The position numbers and the translations under genes were made by a program. A stretch of 64,000 nt of DNA from Octopus sinensis (Eukaryota). The stretch lies in contig NC_043003.1 in the NCBI RefSeq assembly GCF_006345805.1, positions 84,630,001 to 84,694,000 on the forward strand. Direction: 5' to 3'. Below the pieces are notes generated by a model that worked only from the letters and a program-made list of their open reading frames with translations, was not told the DNA's origin and made no database searches. Shown here one piece after another: positions 26,273-39,108 of the stretch; the first letter of the stretch is position 1, and each line of letters begins with the position of its first letter.

Positions 26273-29200
26273 GGTTGGATCGTTGCAATGCACCGTTTGA
26301 CCTGCTCGGTCAGTAAAGTAATCGGCCATCAATCAGAAATGTTTAGCATAGCACGCTCCGTCCGTCAGGACTGTCCACTCTCGCTTCTTCTGTACGTGCT
26401 GACTCTCGAGTCATTACTGCGGAAGTTGGAACAGTTGAGGGACATCCTATTTGAACTGGAATCCAGGAGTGTGGTGTCGGCGTACGCGGATGATGTCATC
26501 GTCATCGTGTCGGACACGTCCGAAATGGGGACGGTCGGATCAATTCTATACGAATACGTGTCAGCGGTAGGGGCTAAGATCAACGCCTACAAGTCGGTAG
26601 GCTTGCGACTGAGCACCTGGAGAGGCAGGTCGATACCGTCGAACGGCGTCGTTGGATTTTAGACTGACAGATCAGTTAAACTACTTAGGGACTGTTTCAT
26701 TCTCGACTCCAAGTACATATGAACTGACGAACGAGGTAGTCAGTGTTATCTGGAAATAGACAGAGAGAAAGATGTTCCTGAGAGGTCGAGCTGAGATAGT
26801 TTCGGTCATGCATTGTGCTGGCTACCTCTTGTTTAGGTTGGAGCACCTGTTATTTATTTTCTTTTGGAAAGGACGCTTTATAATGGTCAGGTGGTCAATC
26901 TGCTGCCAGCGTCTTCTACGTGGCAACTTAGGCATCCCATGCCTGCTGGTGCGTAGACACACGCAGAGGTTGAGCCACCCGCAACGATTCCTAGATGCGA
27001 ATGTGTGAGGGTTCCGTTCGTGGGACAAGTCTTTCTATAGCTCGTCTCCTTGAGGGACCTGCAGCCCTGAATGAAGGAAAGACCGAGACTGGACGCCTGG
27101 CACCTAGTGTATCATCAAGAGCACACAGCCCTCTACCAGTCGGGAAATAAGGTCAGTGGATGTTCCACTCGATCAACATACAGAAGATTACTGGATGGGA
27201 AGTGTGACGACATTCCCGAGGAGATTTGGGCATTGGTGAAAACGAATTGCTAGTCTATTTTGAAGGGCTTTCTGGTCAGGGACTACAATTGATAGTTTCC
27301 AGAAGTGCTACCGAGGGGTGCTACCGGTTCAAGATAAACTCTACAAGTACGGTTGTGCTGTCAGATAGGCTTATCCGAGATGTGCACAGAGTAACGAAAC
27401 CGTTCTACACTCACTCGTTCAATCTCCGAGTATTGCTGACTTGTAGAATTTTGTCGAACAGTTATTTGTGCGAGTGGGACGGATTTGTCTGTCGGACGAA
27501 TGCACAGTAATTATTACCCCACCGCTCTCCTTTGATGGGAATACTAAGGCTATTTTCCTTTGTCCAGTAGCGATTGCGAAAGTGGTTGTATGGTGGGCGA
27601 GACGAAAGTGGTTGTCTGGTGGGCGAGGCGAAAGTGGTTGTCGGGTGGGCGAGGCGAAAGTGGTTGTCTGGTGGGCGAGGCGAAAGTGGTTGCCTGGTGG
27701 GTGAGGCGAAAGTGGTTGTCTGGTGGGCGAAACGAAAGTGATTGTCTGGTGGGCGAGGCGAAAGTGGTTGTATGGTGGGCGAGGCGAAAGTGGATTGTCT
27801 GGTGGGCGAGACGAAAGTGGTTGTCTGGTGGGCGAGGCGAAAGTAGTTGTCTGGTGGGCGAGGCGAAAGTGGTTGTCTGGTGGGCGAGGCGAAAGTGGTA
27901 GTCTGGTGGGCGAGGCGAAAGTTGTTGTCTGGTGGGCGAGGCGAGGCGAAAGTGATTGTCTGGTGGGCGAGGCGAAAGTGGATTGTCTGGTGGGCGAGGC
28001 GAAAGTGGTTGTCTGGTGGGCGAGGCGAAAGTGGTTGTATGGTGGGCGAGACGAAAGTGGTTGTCTGGTGGGCGAGGCGAAAATGGTTGTCTGGTGGGCG
28101 AGGCGAAAGTGGTTGTCTGGGGGCGCGAACGAAAGTGGTTGTGTGGTGGGCGAGGCGAAAGTGGGTCTGGTGGGCAAGACGAAAGTGGTTGTCTGGTGGG
28201 CGAGACGAAAGTGGTTGTGTGGTGGGCGAGGCGAAAGTAGTTGTCTGGTGGGCGAAACGAAAGTGATTGTCTGGTGGGCGAGGCGAAAGTGGTTGTATGG
28301 TGGGCGAGGCGAAAGTGGATTGTCTGGTGGGCGAGACGAAAGTGGTTGTCTGGTGGGCGAGGCGAAAGTAGTTGTCTGGTGGGCGAGGCGAAAGTGGTTG
28401 TCTGGTGGGCGAGGCGAAAGTGGTAGTCTGGTGGGCGAGGCGAAAGTGTTGTCTGGTGGGCGAGGCGAAAGTGATTGTCTGGTGGGCGAGGCGAAAGTGG
28501 ATTGTCTGGTGGGCGAGGCGAAAGTGGTTGTCTGGTGGGCGAGGCGAAAGTGGTTGTATGGTGGGCGAGACGAAAGTGGTTGTCTGGTGGGCGAGGCGAA
28601 AATGGTTGTCTGGTGGGCGAGGCGAAAGTGGTTGTCTGGGGGCGAGACGAAAGTGGTTGTGTGGTGGGCGAGGCGAAAGTGGTTGTCTGGTGGGCAAGAC
28701 GAAAGTGGTTGTCTGGTGGGCGAGACGAAAGTGGTTGTGTGGTGGGCGAGGCGAAAGTAGTTGTCTGGTGGGCGAGGCGAAAGTGGTTGTCTGGTGGGCG
28801 AGGCGAAAGTGGTAGTGTGGTGGGCGAGGCGAAAGTGGTTGTCTGGTGGGCGAGGCGAAAGTGATTGTCTGGTGTGCGAGGCGAAAGTGGATTGTCTGGT
28901 GGGCGAGGCGAAAGTGGTGTGTGGTGGGCGAGACGAAAGTGGATTGTCTGGTGGGCGAGGCGAAAGTGGATTGTCTGGTGGGCGAGGCGAAAGTGGTTGT
29001 CTGGTGGGCGAGACGAAAGTGGATTGTCTGGTGGGCGAGGCGAAAGTGGTTGTCTGTGGCGAGGCGAAGTGGTTGTATGGTGGGCGAGACGAAAGTGGTT
29101 GTTTGGTGGCGGGCGAGGCGAAAATGGTTGTCTGGTGGGCGAGGCGAAAGTGGTTGTCTGGTGGGCGAGACGAAAGTGGTTGTGTGGTGGGCGAGGCGAA

Positions 29201-31040
29201 AGTGGTTGTCTGGTGGGCAAGACGAAAGTGGTTGTCTGGTGGGCGAGACGAAAGTGGTTGTGTGGTGGGCGAGGCGAAAGTAGTGTCTGGTGGGCGAGGC
29301 GAAAGTGGTTGTCTGGTGGGCGAGGCGAAAGTGGTAGTTTGTGTGGGCGAGGCGAAAGTGGTTGTCTGTGGGGCGAGGCGAAAGTGATTGTCTGGTGTGC
29401 GAGGCGAAAGTGGATTGTCTGGTGGGCGAGGCGAAAGTGGTTGTGTGGTGGGCGAGACGAAAGTGGATTGTCTGGTGGGCGAGGCGAAAGTGGATTGTCT
29501 GGTGGGCGAGGCGAAAGTGGTTGTCTGGTGGGCGAGACGAAAGTAGATTGTCTGGTGGGCGAGGCGAAAGTGGTTGTCTGGTGGGCGAGGCGAAAGTGGT
29601 TGTATGGTGGGCGAGACGAAAGTGGTTGTTTGGTGGGCGAGGCGAAAATGGTTGTCTGGTGGGCGAGGCGAAAGTGGTTGTCTGGTGGGCGAGACGAAAG
29701 TGGTTGTTTGGTGGGCGAGGCGAAAGTGGTTGTCTGGTGGGCGAGACGAAAGTGGTTGTCTGGTGGGCGAGACGAAAGTGGTTGTGTGGTGGGTGAGGCG
29801 AAAGTGGTTGTCTGGTGGGCGAGGCGAAAGTGGTTGTCTGGTGGGCGAGACGAAAGTGGTTGTCTGGTGGGCGAGGCGAAAGTGGTTATCTGGTGGGTGA
29901 GGCGAAGGTGGTTGTCTTGTGGGCGAGACGAAAGTGATTGTCTGGTGGGCGAGGCGAAAGTGGTTGTCTGGTGGGCGAGGCGAAAGTGGTTGTCGGGTGG
30001 GCGAGGCGAAAGTGGTTGTCTGGTGGGCGAGGCGAAAATGGTTGTCTGGTGGGCGAGGCGAAAGTGGTTGTCTGGTGGGCGAGACGAAAGTGGTTGTCTG
30101 GTGGGCGAGGCGAAAGTGGTTGTCTGGTGGGCGAGACGAAAGTGGTTGTCTGGTGGGCAAGACGAAAGTGGTTGTCTGGTGGGCGAGACGAAAGTGGTTG
30201 TCTGGTGGGTGAGGCGAAAGTGGTTGTCTGGTGGGCGAGGCGAAAGTGGTTATCTGGTGGGCGAGACGAAAGTGGTTGTCTGGTGGGCGAGGCGAAAGTG
30301 GTTATCTGGTGGGTGAGGCGAAAGTGGTTGTCTTGTGGGCGAGACGAAAGTGATTGTCTGGTGGGCGAGGCGAAAGTGGTTGTCTGGTGGACGAGGCGAA
30401 AGTGGTTGTCTGGTGGGTGAGGCGAAAGTGGTTGTCTGGTGGGCGAGACGAAAGTGATTGTCTGGTGGGCGAGGCGAAAGTAGTTGTCTGGTGGGCGAGG
30501 CGAAAGTGGTTGTATGGTGGGCGAGACGAAAGTGGTTGTATGGTGGGCGAGATGAAAGTGGTTGTCTGGTGGGCGAGGCGAAAGTGGTTGCATGGTGGGC
30601 GAGACGAAAGTGGTTGTATGGTGGGCGAGGCGAAAGTGGTTGTCTGGTGGGCGAAGTGAAAGTGGTTGTCTGGTGAAAGTCTGAGGATGGAGACTCTCCT
30701 CCTACGTAGATCTCTCATTGACTTTTTCAAGCTTTACTTGAAAGTGAAAGTGAAGATAGAGAGAGAGTTGTGGTCATTGAGCAAATTTATTGAAAGGTGG
30801 GTGAAAGTTGTAAAAATGGCAAGAGTGGATGGCATCGTTCCAATTGAAGATTTGTGAATTGGAGGGATAGAACTGGAGAGGGAACTCACCTTTAGTGTTC
30901 AGAGTGATCTGGGATGGTGGGTTTCCTCTATTGTCCGTAGAGATCCTTCTGCATCAGGAGAACCATATCACTGTCACCCTTTTCTTTTTACTGTTGTGTA
31001 CTATGTATACTTCTCTTCTTTGTTTATTATATACCATGCA
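26270..31040 (+). mobile_element. 5'-truncated L1/Tx1-clade LINE (ORF2 RT to C-terminus and 3' UTR), split by a satellite
   Basis: SVRQDCPLSLLLYVL, SAYADDV and GAKINAYKS RT motifs; C-terminus AIAKVVVWWAR...FFKLYLKVKVKIERE..FIERW spans the array. Confidence 0.85.
27576..30675. repeat. 26-bp tandem satellite, ~119 copies, with higher-order blocks
   Basis: Monomer GCGAAAGTGGTTGTCTGGTGGGCGAG; 3100 bp divided by 26. Confidence 0.97.
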
Positions 31041-31745
31041 TGCTTTCCTATTATTTCATTATATATAATATTCACGCTTTGTCTGTCTTTGTATTGTTCC
31101 CCCGCTCTGGGGGTAAATAAAAGAAATCATTATCATTAACAACAACAAACGCAAGCTCAACAGCAACAACAATAATAATAATATTACGTAAATGTTCCTA
31201 GATACCGCCGTACGCTTTTTTGCACACCCAAACATGTTTGTGAGAGATATATGCATATGTACTTGTGTGCATACACGCATATATATTTTCATACATACAG
31301 ACATAGAGAAACACATGTATCTGTGCTTTCATACATACTTACTCGCATATATGAATACATGAAAACGTACAGACGTTTCAGTACACATCCTTACATGCGT
31401 GCATACATACACAGGTACAAACATTCGCTACATGTATGTACATGTCTCTTTATACCTATTTGCCCTTATGTGCAATCAGACATGTAGATACACGTTTGAG
31501 GTATATGTGGGTGGGTATATGCATGTATATGAGTATATGTGGATGTATGTTCGGATGCGCAAATGCGCCTGAAGACATGTATGTATGAATGTATATTGCA
31601 TTTTACGCTTCACTGAGTAATCATCGTTTGTTTCCCTCCAATCATGTGCATACATATATCTATATATGTATACGCACATGTGGTATGTATGTGTATGCGT
31701 CTGTGCATTACATATATAATGCATGTAAATATATATATATATATA

Positions 31746-31800
<55 letters not shown>

Positions 31801-31809
31801 TGTGTATAT

Positions 31810-31810
31810 T

Positions 31811-31901
<91 letters not shown>

Positions 31902-31905
31902 TGAT
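31810..31905. repeat. (GATA)n microsatellite
   Basis: Direct reading. Confidence 0.95.
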
Positions 31906-31975
31906 GATTGATTGATGGATTCATGTATGAATATATACATATATATTTATGAATCTGAGTATATATGTATGTATG

Positions 31976-32062
<87 letters not shown>

Positions 32063-32074
32063 ATAGATACATAC

Positions 32075-32105
<31 letters not shown>

Positions 32106-32115
32106 CGTACATACA

Positions 32116-32146
<31 letters not shown>

Positions 32147-32535
32147 TAAGGACAAAAGAAGAAAACTATATCGTGAATAGAAGGAAGAAAGTATTTACAT
32201 TCTCATTAAATTATGTAACCGGTTTCATCTTTTTAATAAGGTCATGCAAATAAGAAACGGAAACATATTGAATCATATTAAATTAATCTTTCATAATAGC
32301 AGATTTGAAAGTTCATATGTTTTCTTTGAAAAATCCACAAGACAATGGCTGTTAGTTTCCTCACGATGGATTGTTTGGTCATAGTAGCAGTGGTAACAGT
32401 TTTAGCAGCGTCAGTTATTTATTTATTGTTCCTTTGAGTAGCAACATGCATAGTTGTTTATTGTTCCTTACTAGCAAATGTTGACATGAAGGACTGGTAA
32501 GTAATGGTGGCAGAATGTAAGTCGTGTGGTTGCGA

Positions 32536-32538
32536 TGT

Positions 32539-32595
<57 letters not shown>

Positions 32596-32638
32596 TAGTA
32601 GTAGTAGTAGTAGTAGTTGTTGTTGTAGCAGCAGCAGC

Positions 32639-32671
<33 letters not shown>

Positions 32672-33003
32672 TAGTAGTAGTTGTTGTTGTTGTTGTTGTT
32701 GTTGTTGTAGTAGTAGTAGTAGTAGTAGTAGTATGATGATGATGTTGATGACGATGATGATGAAAAGGAGGAGGACGGGAGGAGGAGAGGGAGGAGGAGA
32801 GGGAGGAGGAGAGGGAGGAGGAGAAGAGGGAGAGGAGAAGGAGGAGAAGGAGGAGAAGGAGGAGGGGGAAGGAGGAGGAGGAGGAAGAAGAAGAAGAAGA
32901 AGAAGAAGAGGCGGAGGACGACGACGACGACGACGAAGAGGATAGTGATGATGATGATGATGATGATGACGACGATGGTTATCTTCATCGTCATCATCAT
33001 CAT
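32536..33003. repeat. Compound trinucleotide microsatellite
   Basis: Successive GTA, GTT, GCA, GAT, GGA, GAA, GAC and CAT runs. Confidence 0.95.
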
Positions 33004-33456
33004 AGACGTTGACTCGGTAGTGTGTATGACCATTGCTTCTTAATGAGTTGCAAAGCGAAGACATCTTCTTTAGGCCAGCTCATGATGGAGCTTTTTATAA
33101 GCTTTTGCTACATCCCTCACATGTCTCTTCTCGTTTAAATGCAATGCAAAATTATGACATTAAGCGTTGTGAGCAAATATGTGTTTTTAGACCATCGATA
33201 GAAAGGCATCGTTTATTACATGAGTAGCAAACGTTTGTTCTTTCAAGTACTAAATATATAGTTGCTTTCTTTGCTCCATGTATCCTTGAGTGGTTAAAAA
33301 ATAAACAGCCTTAGAGAAGCTCAGTTACTTGTTAAATATGTGTGGGTGTGCGTGCATGTATGTGTTTGGGGGGGGAGGAGAAAACGCGCATATATGAGTG
33401 TGTGTATGTACGGGCGTGTGAATGTGTGATTATGTAGGCATATGCAGATGTGTATT

Positions 33457-34028
33457 CACGAGGGTGAGTCAAAAAGAAATGCCATTTTGTGTAGGACAGG
33501 TATAATTACCAACACAGGAACATGTATCATGCATCAAAATGAAGCTGGTCCTCTGTGGATTACATCCCTACTTCTCAATATAGTCACTGTTTCTCTCAAT
33601 AGCAGTGTTCCACCTTCGAATGAGAGCAAGTATCCCTGCCCCGTAAAATTCTGTTGACAGTTCTTTGAGCCACTTCTTCACTACAGTTTTCACTTCCTCG
33701 TCACTGGAATAATGTTTGCCTCCTAAACCCTCTTTCATGGGGCCGAACAGACGATAGTCTGAAGGCGCTAAATTATTCCAATGACGAGGAAGTGAAAACT
33801 GTAGTGAAGAAGTGGTTCTAAGAACAGTCAACAGAATTTTACGGGGCAGGGATACGTGCTCTCATTCGAAGGTGGAACATTGTTATTGAGTGAAACAGTG
33901 ACTATATTGAGAAGTAGGGATGTGATCCACAGAGGACCAGCTTCATTTTGATGTATGATACATGTGCCTGTGTTGGTAATTATACCTGTCCTAAACAAAA
34001 TGGCATTACTTTCTGACTCACCCTCGTA
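33457..34028. mobile_element. Mariner-derived fold-back MITE built from two 3' ends
   Basis: TACGAGGG-type ends; arms ~33457-33712 and ~33772-34028 are inverted; LAPSDYRLFGPMKEGL..RWNTAIERNSDYIEK transposase C-terminus. Confidence 0.88.
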
Positions 34029-34152
34029 TATATATATATGCGTATCTTCTTTTATCCTAAAAAGAGATATCATTCTTTTACTTTGGTAATTTGGCATTTA
34101 CATATTTGAGAATTACTTATATTCACCCTAATATTAAACCAGTGCAAATGAG

Positions 34153-34229
34153 ACTTACACCTCTCGTAAATGTCGACATGAAAATACTATGATTGTCCAA
34201 ATGAAAATACTAATCCCTCCGCCATTTTG
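34153..34229 (-). promoter_or_regulatory. YY1-type motif CAAAATGGCGG with a downstream GTAAGT donor; candidate first exon
   Basis: Exact 11-mer at 34219-34229 and a consensus donor at 34153-34158. The ATG frame stops after 12 codons. Confidence 0.35.
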
Positions 34230-35103
34230 GGTTCGGTCAGATATCACTGGTTGAATATCTTGATATATCATTTCGGGTTAAATCCTCGGGTAGTGAAATG
34301 AATTATAGTTGATCATCTATAATAATAAATGCCAAAACGAATTTCTGTGTGTCAGTGTGTCATAATTTGACTCCATCTCTCACTCTCCAATGACACTTCT
34401 ACTATTCCTCCTGCTGGGGTAAGAGTAATAGTAGGTATAGAGACGGTGAGGGCAGTAGTAGATTGATGGTTGTGATGGTAATGAGGTGATGGTAATAGTA
34501 TGAGCTGTAGCTGTGATAGAGGAGAAGGCGCCGGTGATGATGGTGGTGGTTGTGGTAGCCGAGGCGGTCAGGGATGACGGTCATAGTAAGCGACGTGAAA
34601 GACAGTTGCGATGGTGATGGAGGGGAATGTGGCGAAGGCAAAGGTATTGATGGTGGTAGCATCAGAAGTCTGAATAGTGTGTGGCGATGGTGGTACTGGT
34701 GATGGTGGTGGTTGAAAACAATTAGCAGAAAGAGAGAGTGAGAGAAAGAAAGAGGTTAGACAGAAAAAAAATTGTACTGACGGCCGAATGAGAAAACAAA
34801 AAATGTTGTTTATCATGCAGCTTTGCAATAAGCTCAAAGTCGATAAATCATATCATTGTTTTGATGAAAATTGTTCATTGCTTGAAAAATATTGGTCAGG
34901 TTTAATCAAATTTAATATGTACTCAATGCATGAAGTGTCATTGTTGGGCCCAAGGCTCAATGAAGAGCCCTCCACAAGAACTAACTTAAAGGTCTCTCTA
35001 TCGGGCAGCTTTTAAGCGAGTGAATAAATATATTTTATAACTTAACAGCGAAACTGAATAATATTAATCTGTTCGTTAATGCTAACGTGTATAATATATA
35101 TAT

Positions 35104-35143
<40 letters not shown>

Positions 35144-35196
35144 ACGGACATGCGCCACACCACATATATATAGATGTATAATAACAACACAAAAAC

Positions 35197-35243
35197 ATGA
35201 CGACGACTACGACTACGACGACGACGACGACTACGACTACGAC

Positions 35244-35335
<92 letters not shown>

Positions 35336-35380
35336 GAAGATGATGATGGTGGTGATGGTGGTGGTGGTGGTGGTGGTGAT
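35197..35380. repeat. (GAC)n/(GAT)n/(GGT)n compound microsatellite
   Basis: Direct reading. Confidence 0.95.
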
Positions 35381-35859
35381 AATCTTTTCTACTATAAGCC
35401 AAGGCCTGAAATTTTGGCAGAAGGGATCAAGTCGATTACATCGACTCCAGTGCTCGACTGGGACTTATTTTATCGATCTCGAAATGATGAAAGGCTAAGA
35501 TGACCTCGGCGGAATTTGAACTCAGAACTTAAAAGGCAGGAAAAAGTACTTCTGTAATGATTATGCCACATTCTAATGTTTTTCACATACTTTTCTGGCA
35601 GATTTTTCATATGTGACAGCATTAATAAGTCTAGTGTATGTGCTGTTTGGGACTTATAGAATTTCTTCTGGGGGAAACTGGATATTCTGTATCTGAAGAC
35701 GAAGGTCAGTCGTTGTAACATAGCTTGGTTACATTGAGGATATATATTCACCAACAGAGACTTTGAAGGTTATAGTTGAATACCTTTTCCTGTTTAGTAG
35801 GATGCTGTTTTGTTTTGTCTTTTTTGTGTGTTATTGTACTATTGAAAGAGAGAAGCTTG

Positions 35860-36850
35860 CTTTGATCTCATTATAAAAATATTTTCAAAATCTCCATTCA
35901 TGGAATCAGTGAGGTGTCCAGACTGCATGTGGGTGGCACCTGTGTGAGAAAAGGTTGGAAAGAATGAGAGGTGGTACTATATGAGCATGAGTGGGTGTTG
36001 CTGAAGGCGACGGCAAGCAGGTCTTTAATGCATAGGAAAAATGTGGGGAGCAAAACTGAACCCTGATACGCATCAGAGTTGATATAATTGTGGATCTCAA
36101 AGAATATTATCAACACGCACTGCAATACTATGAGTTGATACAAAGCCGCCAATCCAAAGGATGAAGAACGTTCTAGAGTGTGTCTATATCACTGAGGGAC
36201 GCATGTGGGGAATGAAAGAGTTAATGTAAATATTTGAAGATTACGAAGTATGCAGCTTCTACATCAGCATAGGTCGAGTATGAAAGAACCAAGGAGAGTT
36301 GTGAATATTGATGTCTGTGAGGACAGTGATTTCAGAGATGGATGAAGTGAGAAAGATATCTTCGATGCAGGAGGAAATTTAAGTAGAATAGTTGGTGGGG
36401 GTTAGAAGAGTATGGAAATGGAGAGCGGTTGAGGAAACAGATGTGTCTGAATTTGTTCGGGTAGGAGTATTTGAGCCAGACTGACTAGAATATTTTGTTA
36501 TTGATACCCAAGCGAGAGACAGATTAGTGACAAGGAAAGTGGAATCTGCATATACGTAGATAACGAAGTTTAAATTATAAAAAATGTAACCAGGACACTA
36601 GAGATGAAACGAAGATGAAACCTGAAAAATTTACCTCTCGATGCGGATTAAATAAGTGGATTGTACGCGAGTAAGAAGAGATGTGTTGCGTTTAGACTGG
36701 ATCAGAATTTATCAATGTTAGAAAAGGAAAATTGTCCTATGAGTTTAGCCAACATATCTGGTATCTGTGCAATGAGTCCTTACCAGAAGTCTAGTCCGAA
36801 TGCTTGCATCAAAGCTCGAAGAAACCCATGGATCAGGTTGCGTTAAACTA
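35860..36850 (-). mobile_element. Highly decayed CR1/L2/Jockey-group LINE fragment
   Basis: INSDAYQGSVLLPTFFLCIKDLL resembles the INSGVPQGSVL-PTLFL RT motif. Confidence 0.55.
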
Positions 36851-37951
36851 GGCAGTAAGATAAGATTAACGTCATATTAATTAACCACATGTCTTACTTA
36901 TGGGACACCTGGTGTTCAGTGTTTCAGCAGAAAGTCATTGAAGCATTATACATACATGCATACATACAACATGCATGTGTGCTTATGTGAGTGTATATAA
37001 TGTGTGTATGTGTGTGTATGTTATGCTATCTGTTCTGGAGTTACAGAGACATGTTTCAAGTGAGTCAGCAGCTAGTTTTCTTTTTCTCCCCACTACCTCC
37101 CTCTCTACCTACTAACCCCTCTCTCTTCTTCTCTCCCACTAGCTCACTATTTCTATTAACCAACTGACAGTACAAGCTCTTAACTAATGTGCCACGCCCA
37201 TATATATATATATAGTTAGAATTTCAAAAGAAGAAAAAGACGAAGACGGGTTAGCCCGTCGTTGCCAGGCAATAGAATGTATTATATAAACTTTTGTACA
37301 TTTTATGTCAGACCATACCTTCCCCGATAGATTTGTACAATTTTTCGCAAAAAAAGCTTCGTTGAGGATTTTTTTTTTCCTTTTCAAATTATTTACATGT
37401 CTGTTCGACCGTTTCTCATGACTTTATTCATTAAAACTTCAGAAGTTCTTACAACTTCGGTCACCGTAATACTTTGCTTTGGCTTGTTTAATAAAAAGTT
37501 CTCCTGCTAATGGTTTTGCTTTCATTTTGTGATAGACAGCCACCATGCAGAACATGCCAGCTACCAAACCCTGTTTTCTGATTAGGTAAAATTGATTAAA
37601 CTTTAGACCTCAGTAACATTTTTCTGTAATTTTTCTTGAACAAATAAATAATGAAATCGGATTTGACGTGGAAAATTATTTCTACATATCAAATTTGAAA
37701 ATTTTGACGTAATTTTAAAATCTCGCAATATATGACAGCAACAAGGAAGACCCTACAAAATAAGAGAGACAGACAATTATAGGACTTGACACACTTACGA
37801 ATATGATTTTAGCATTCTCGAAGAATCAGCTCGGCATTATCCATTTACTGCCGACTGAGAACTGCGCTTGCGCGCTAAATTTGAAAATTTATAACATATA
37901 ATGATGAGACACGTGTTATTTGTCTCTGAATTATAAGTTAGTTGTTAAGGC

Positions 37952-38021
37952 CGGTTACTGATGAGAATTCGCCTAGCAGATTATGTAATTTCTAAAGAAA
38001 TTTGAAACCTTGGTATAACCG
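37952..38021 (+). ncRNA. Type I minimal hammerhead ribozyme with intact core
   Basis: Stem I CGGTTA/TAACCG (6 of 6 bp); CTGATGA 37958-64; stem II GAATT/AATTT; GAAA 38004-07; stem III ACC/GGT; GUA cleavage triplet 38013-15. Confidence 0.8.
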
Positions 38022-38191
38022 CAAAAAAATAACAAGGTAAAAGATTTTATTTTTCATTTCCTTTGAAAATTGCTATTTATGTGGTTTTGGTCGTTTTGGC
38101 TGCTTCTTCTAGCGTGTAAAAATTACCTGTTGAAGGGTAGTTTTCTCTTGTGTTTATATGTACACTATTTTATATATATTATATATATATT

Positions 38192-38240
<49 letters not shown>

Positions 38241-38752
38241 ATATATGTGTGTGTGTATGTGTGTGTGTGTGTGGTGTGTGTGTGTGTGTGTGTGTGTATA
38301 GGGATCATGTCATGAAGGTGCTTCTCTGCGTGCTCATGTGTGTGCATTAAAACAGACCAAATGACAGATGACGTCAGACGAATATCCCAGAAACTGACAG
38401 ATGCGATTTTGAGTAATGTAGAATTATAACCAATTAAGTGCTCACGAACTTTAACAACAACATCTTATATCTCCCAGGATTATATGGACCCCGTTTTGTT
38501 ATATTGGGATAAACAGTGGAAGCTTAGGAAAACAAGAGATTATCTACATCGACAGATACATTAATTATGATATTTTATTACGTTCACTTATGCTCCGAGT
38601 TCGAAATCACGTAAGATCGAGTATGCCTATTATCCTTATGGAGCTTCGAATCGATGAAATATGTACCTGTCAAGTACTGGTGTTAATTAAATCCACTACG
38701 ATACCCTTCTCACTCACTCTTCCTCTATCTTTCTCCTTCTCTCTTTCCGCAT

Positions 38753-38830
<78 letters not shown>

Positions 38831-38849
38831 ATATATATATATATATCAT

Positions 38850-39061
38850 GCTCGCCATGATAGATCACTAGCCACTACACAGTCTTTATTTTCTCTCTTT
38901 ATTTTTTCTCCTCGTTTCTTTCTGTGTTCCATTCTGTGGAAGAACGTAGGCTCGAAACGTTAAAGACTTTTTCACTTCCTGAGCGTTATACTAATACATA
39001 TGTTTGTTGTCTACACCACCTGTCTTCGTCTTTTGTTGTTGTTTTTTGTGAATTCTCCCTT

Positions 39062-39065
<4 letters not shown>
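38850..39065 (+). mobile_element. Short PLE-end-like element with decayed HHR and (TA)n anchor
   Basis: GGAAGAACGTAGGCTCGAAACGTT; related partial copies at ~51000-51130 and ~51421-51540. Confidence 0.55.

Positions 39066-39108
<43 letters not shown>

Noticed and set aside
27419-30730. Very long ORFs (913, 556 and 483 aa) on both strands
   Set aside because: They are read-through of a stop-poor 26-bp satellite; the peptides are periodic.
37799-37874. Minus-strand exon with an NRF1-like GCGCTTGCGC motif
   Set aside because: All three frames contain stops, and it adjoins the HHR element, so it may be element-derived.
38369-38376. cAMP-response palindrome TGACGTCA (also near 22356)
   Set aside because: An 8-mer is expected by chance in 64 kb.
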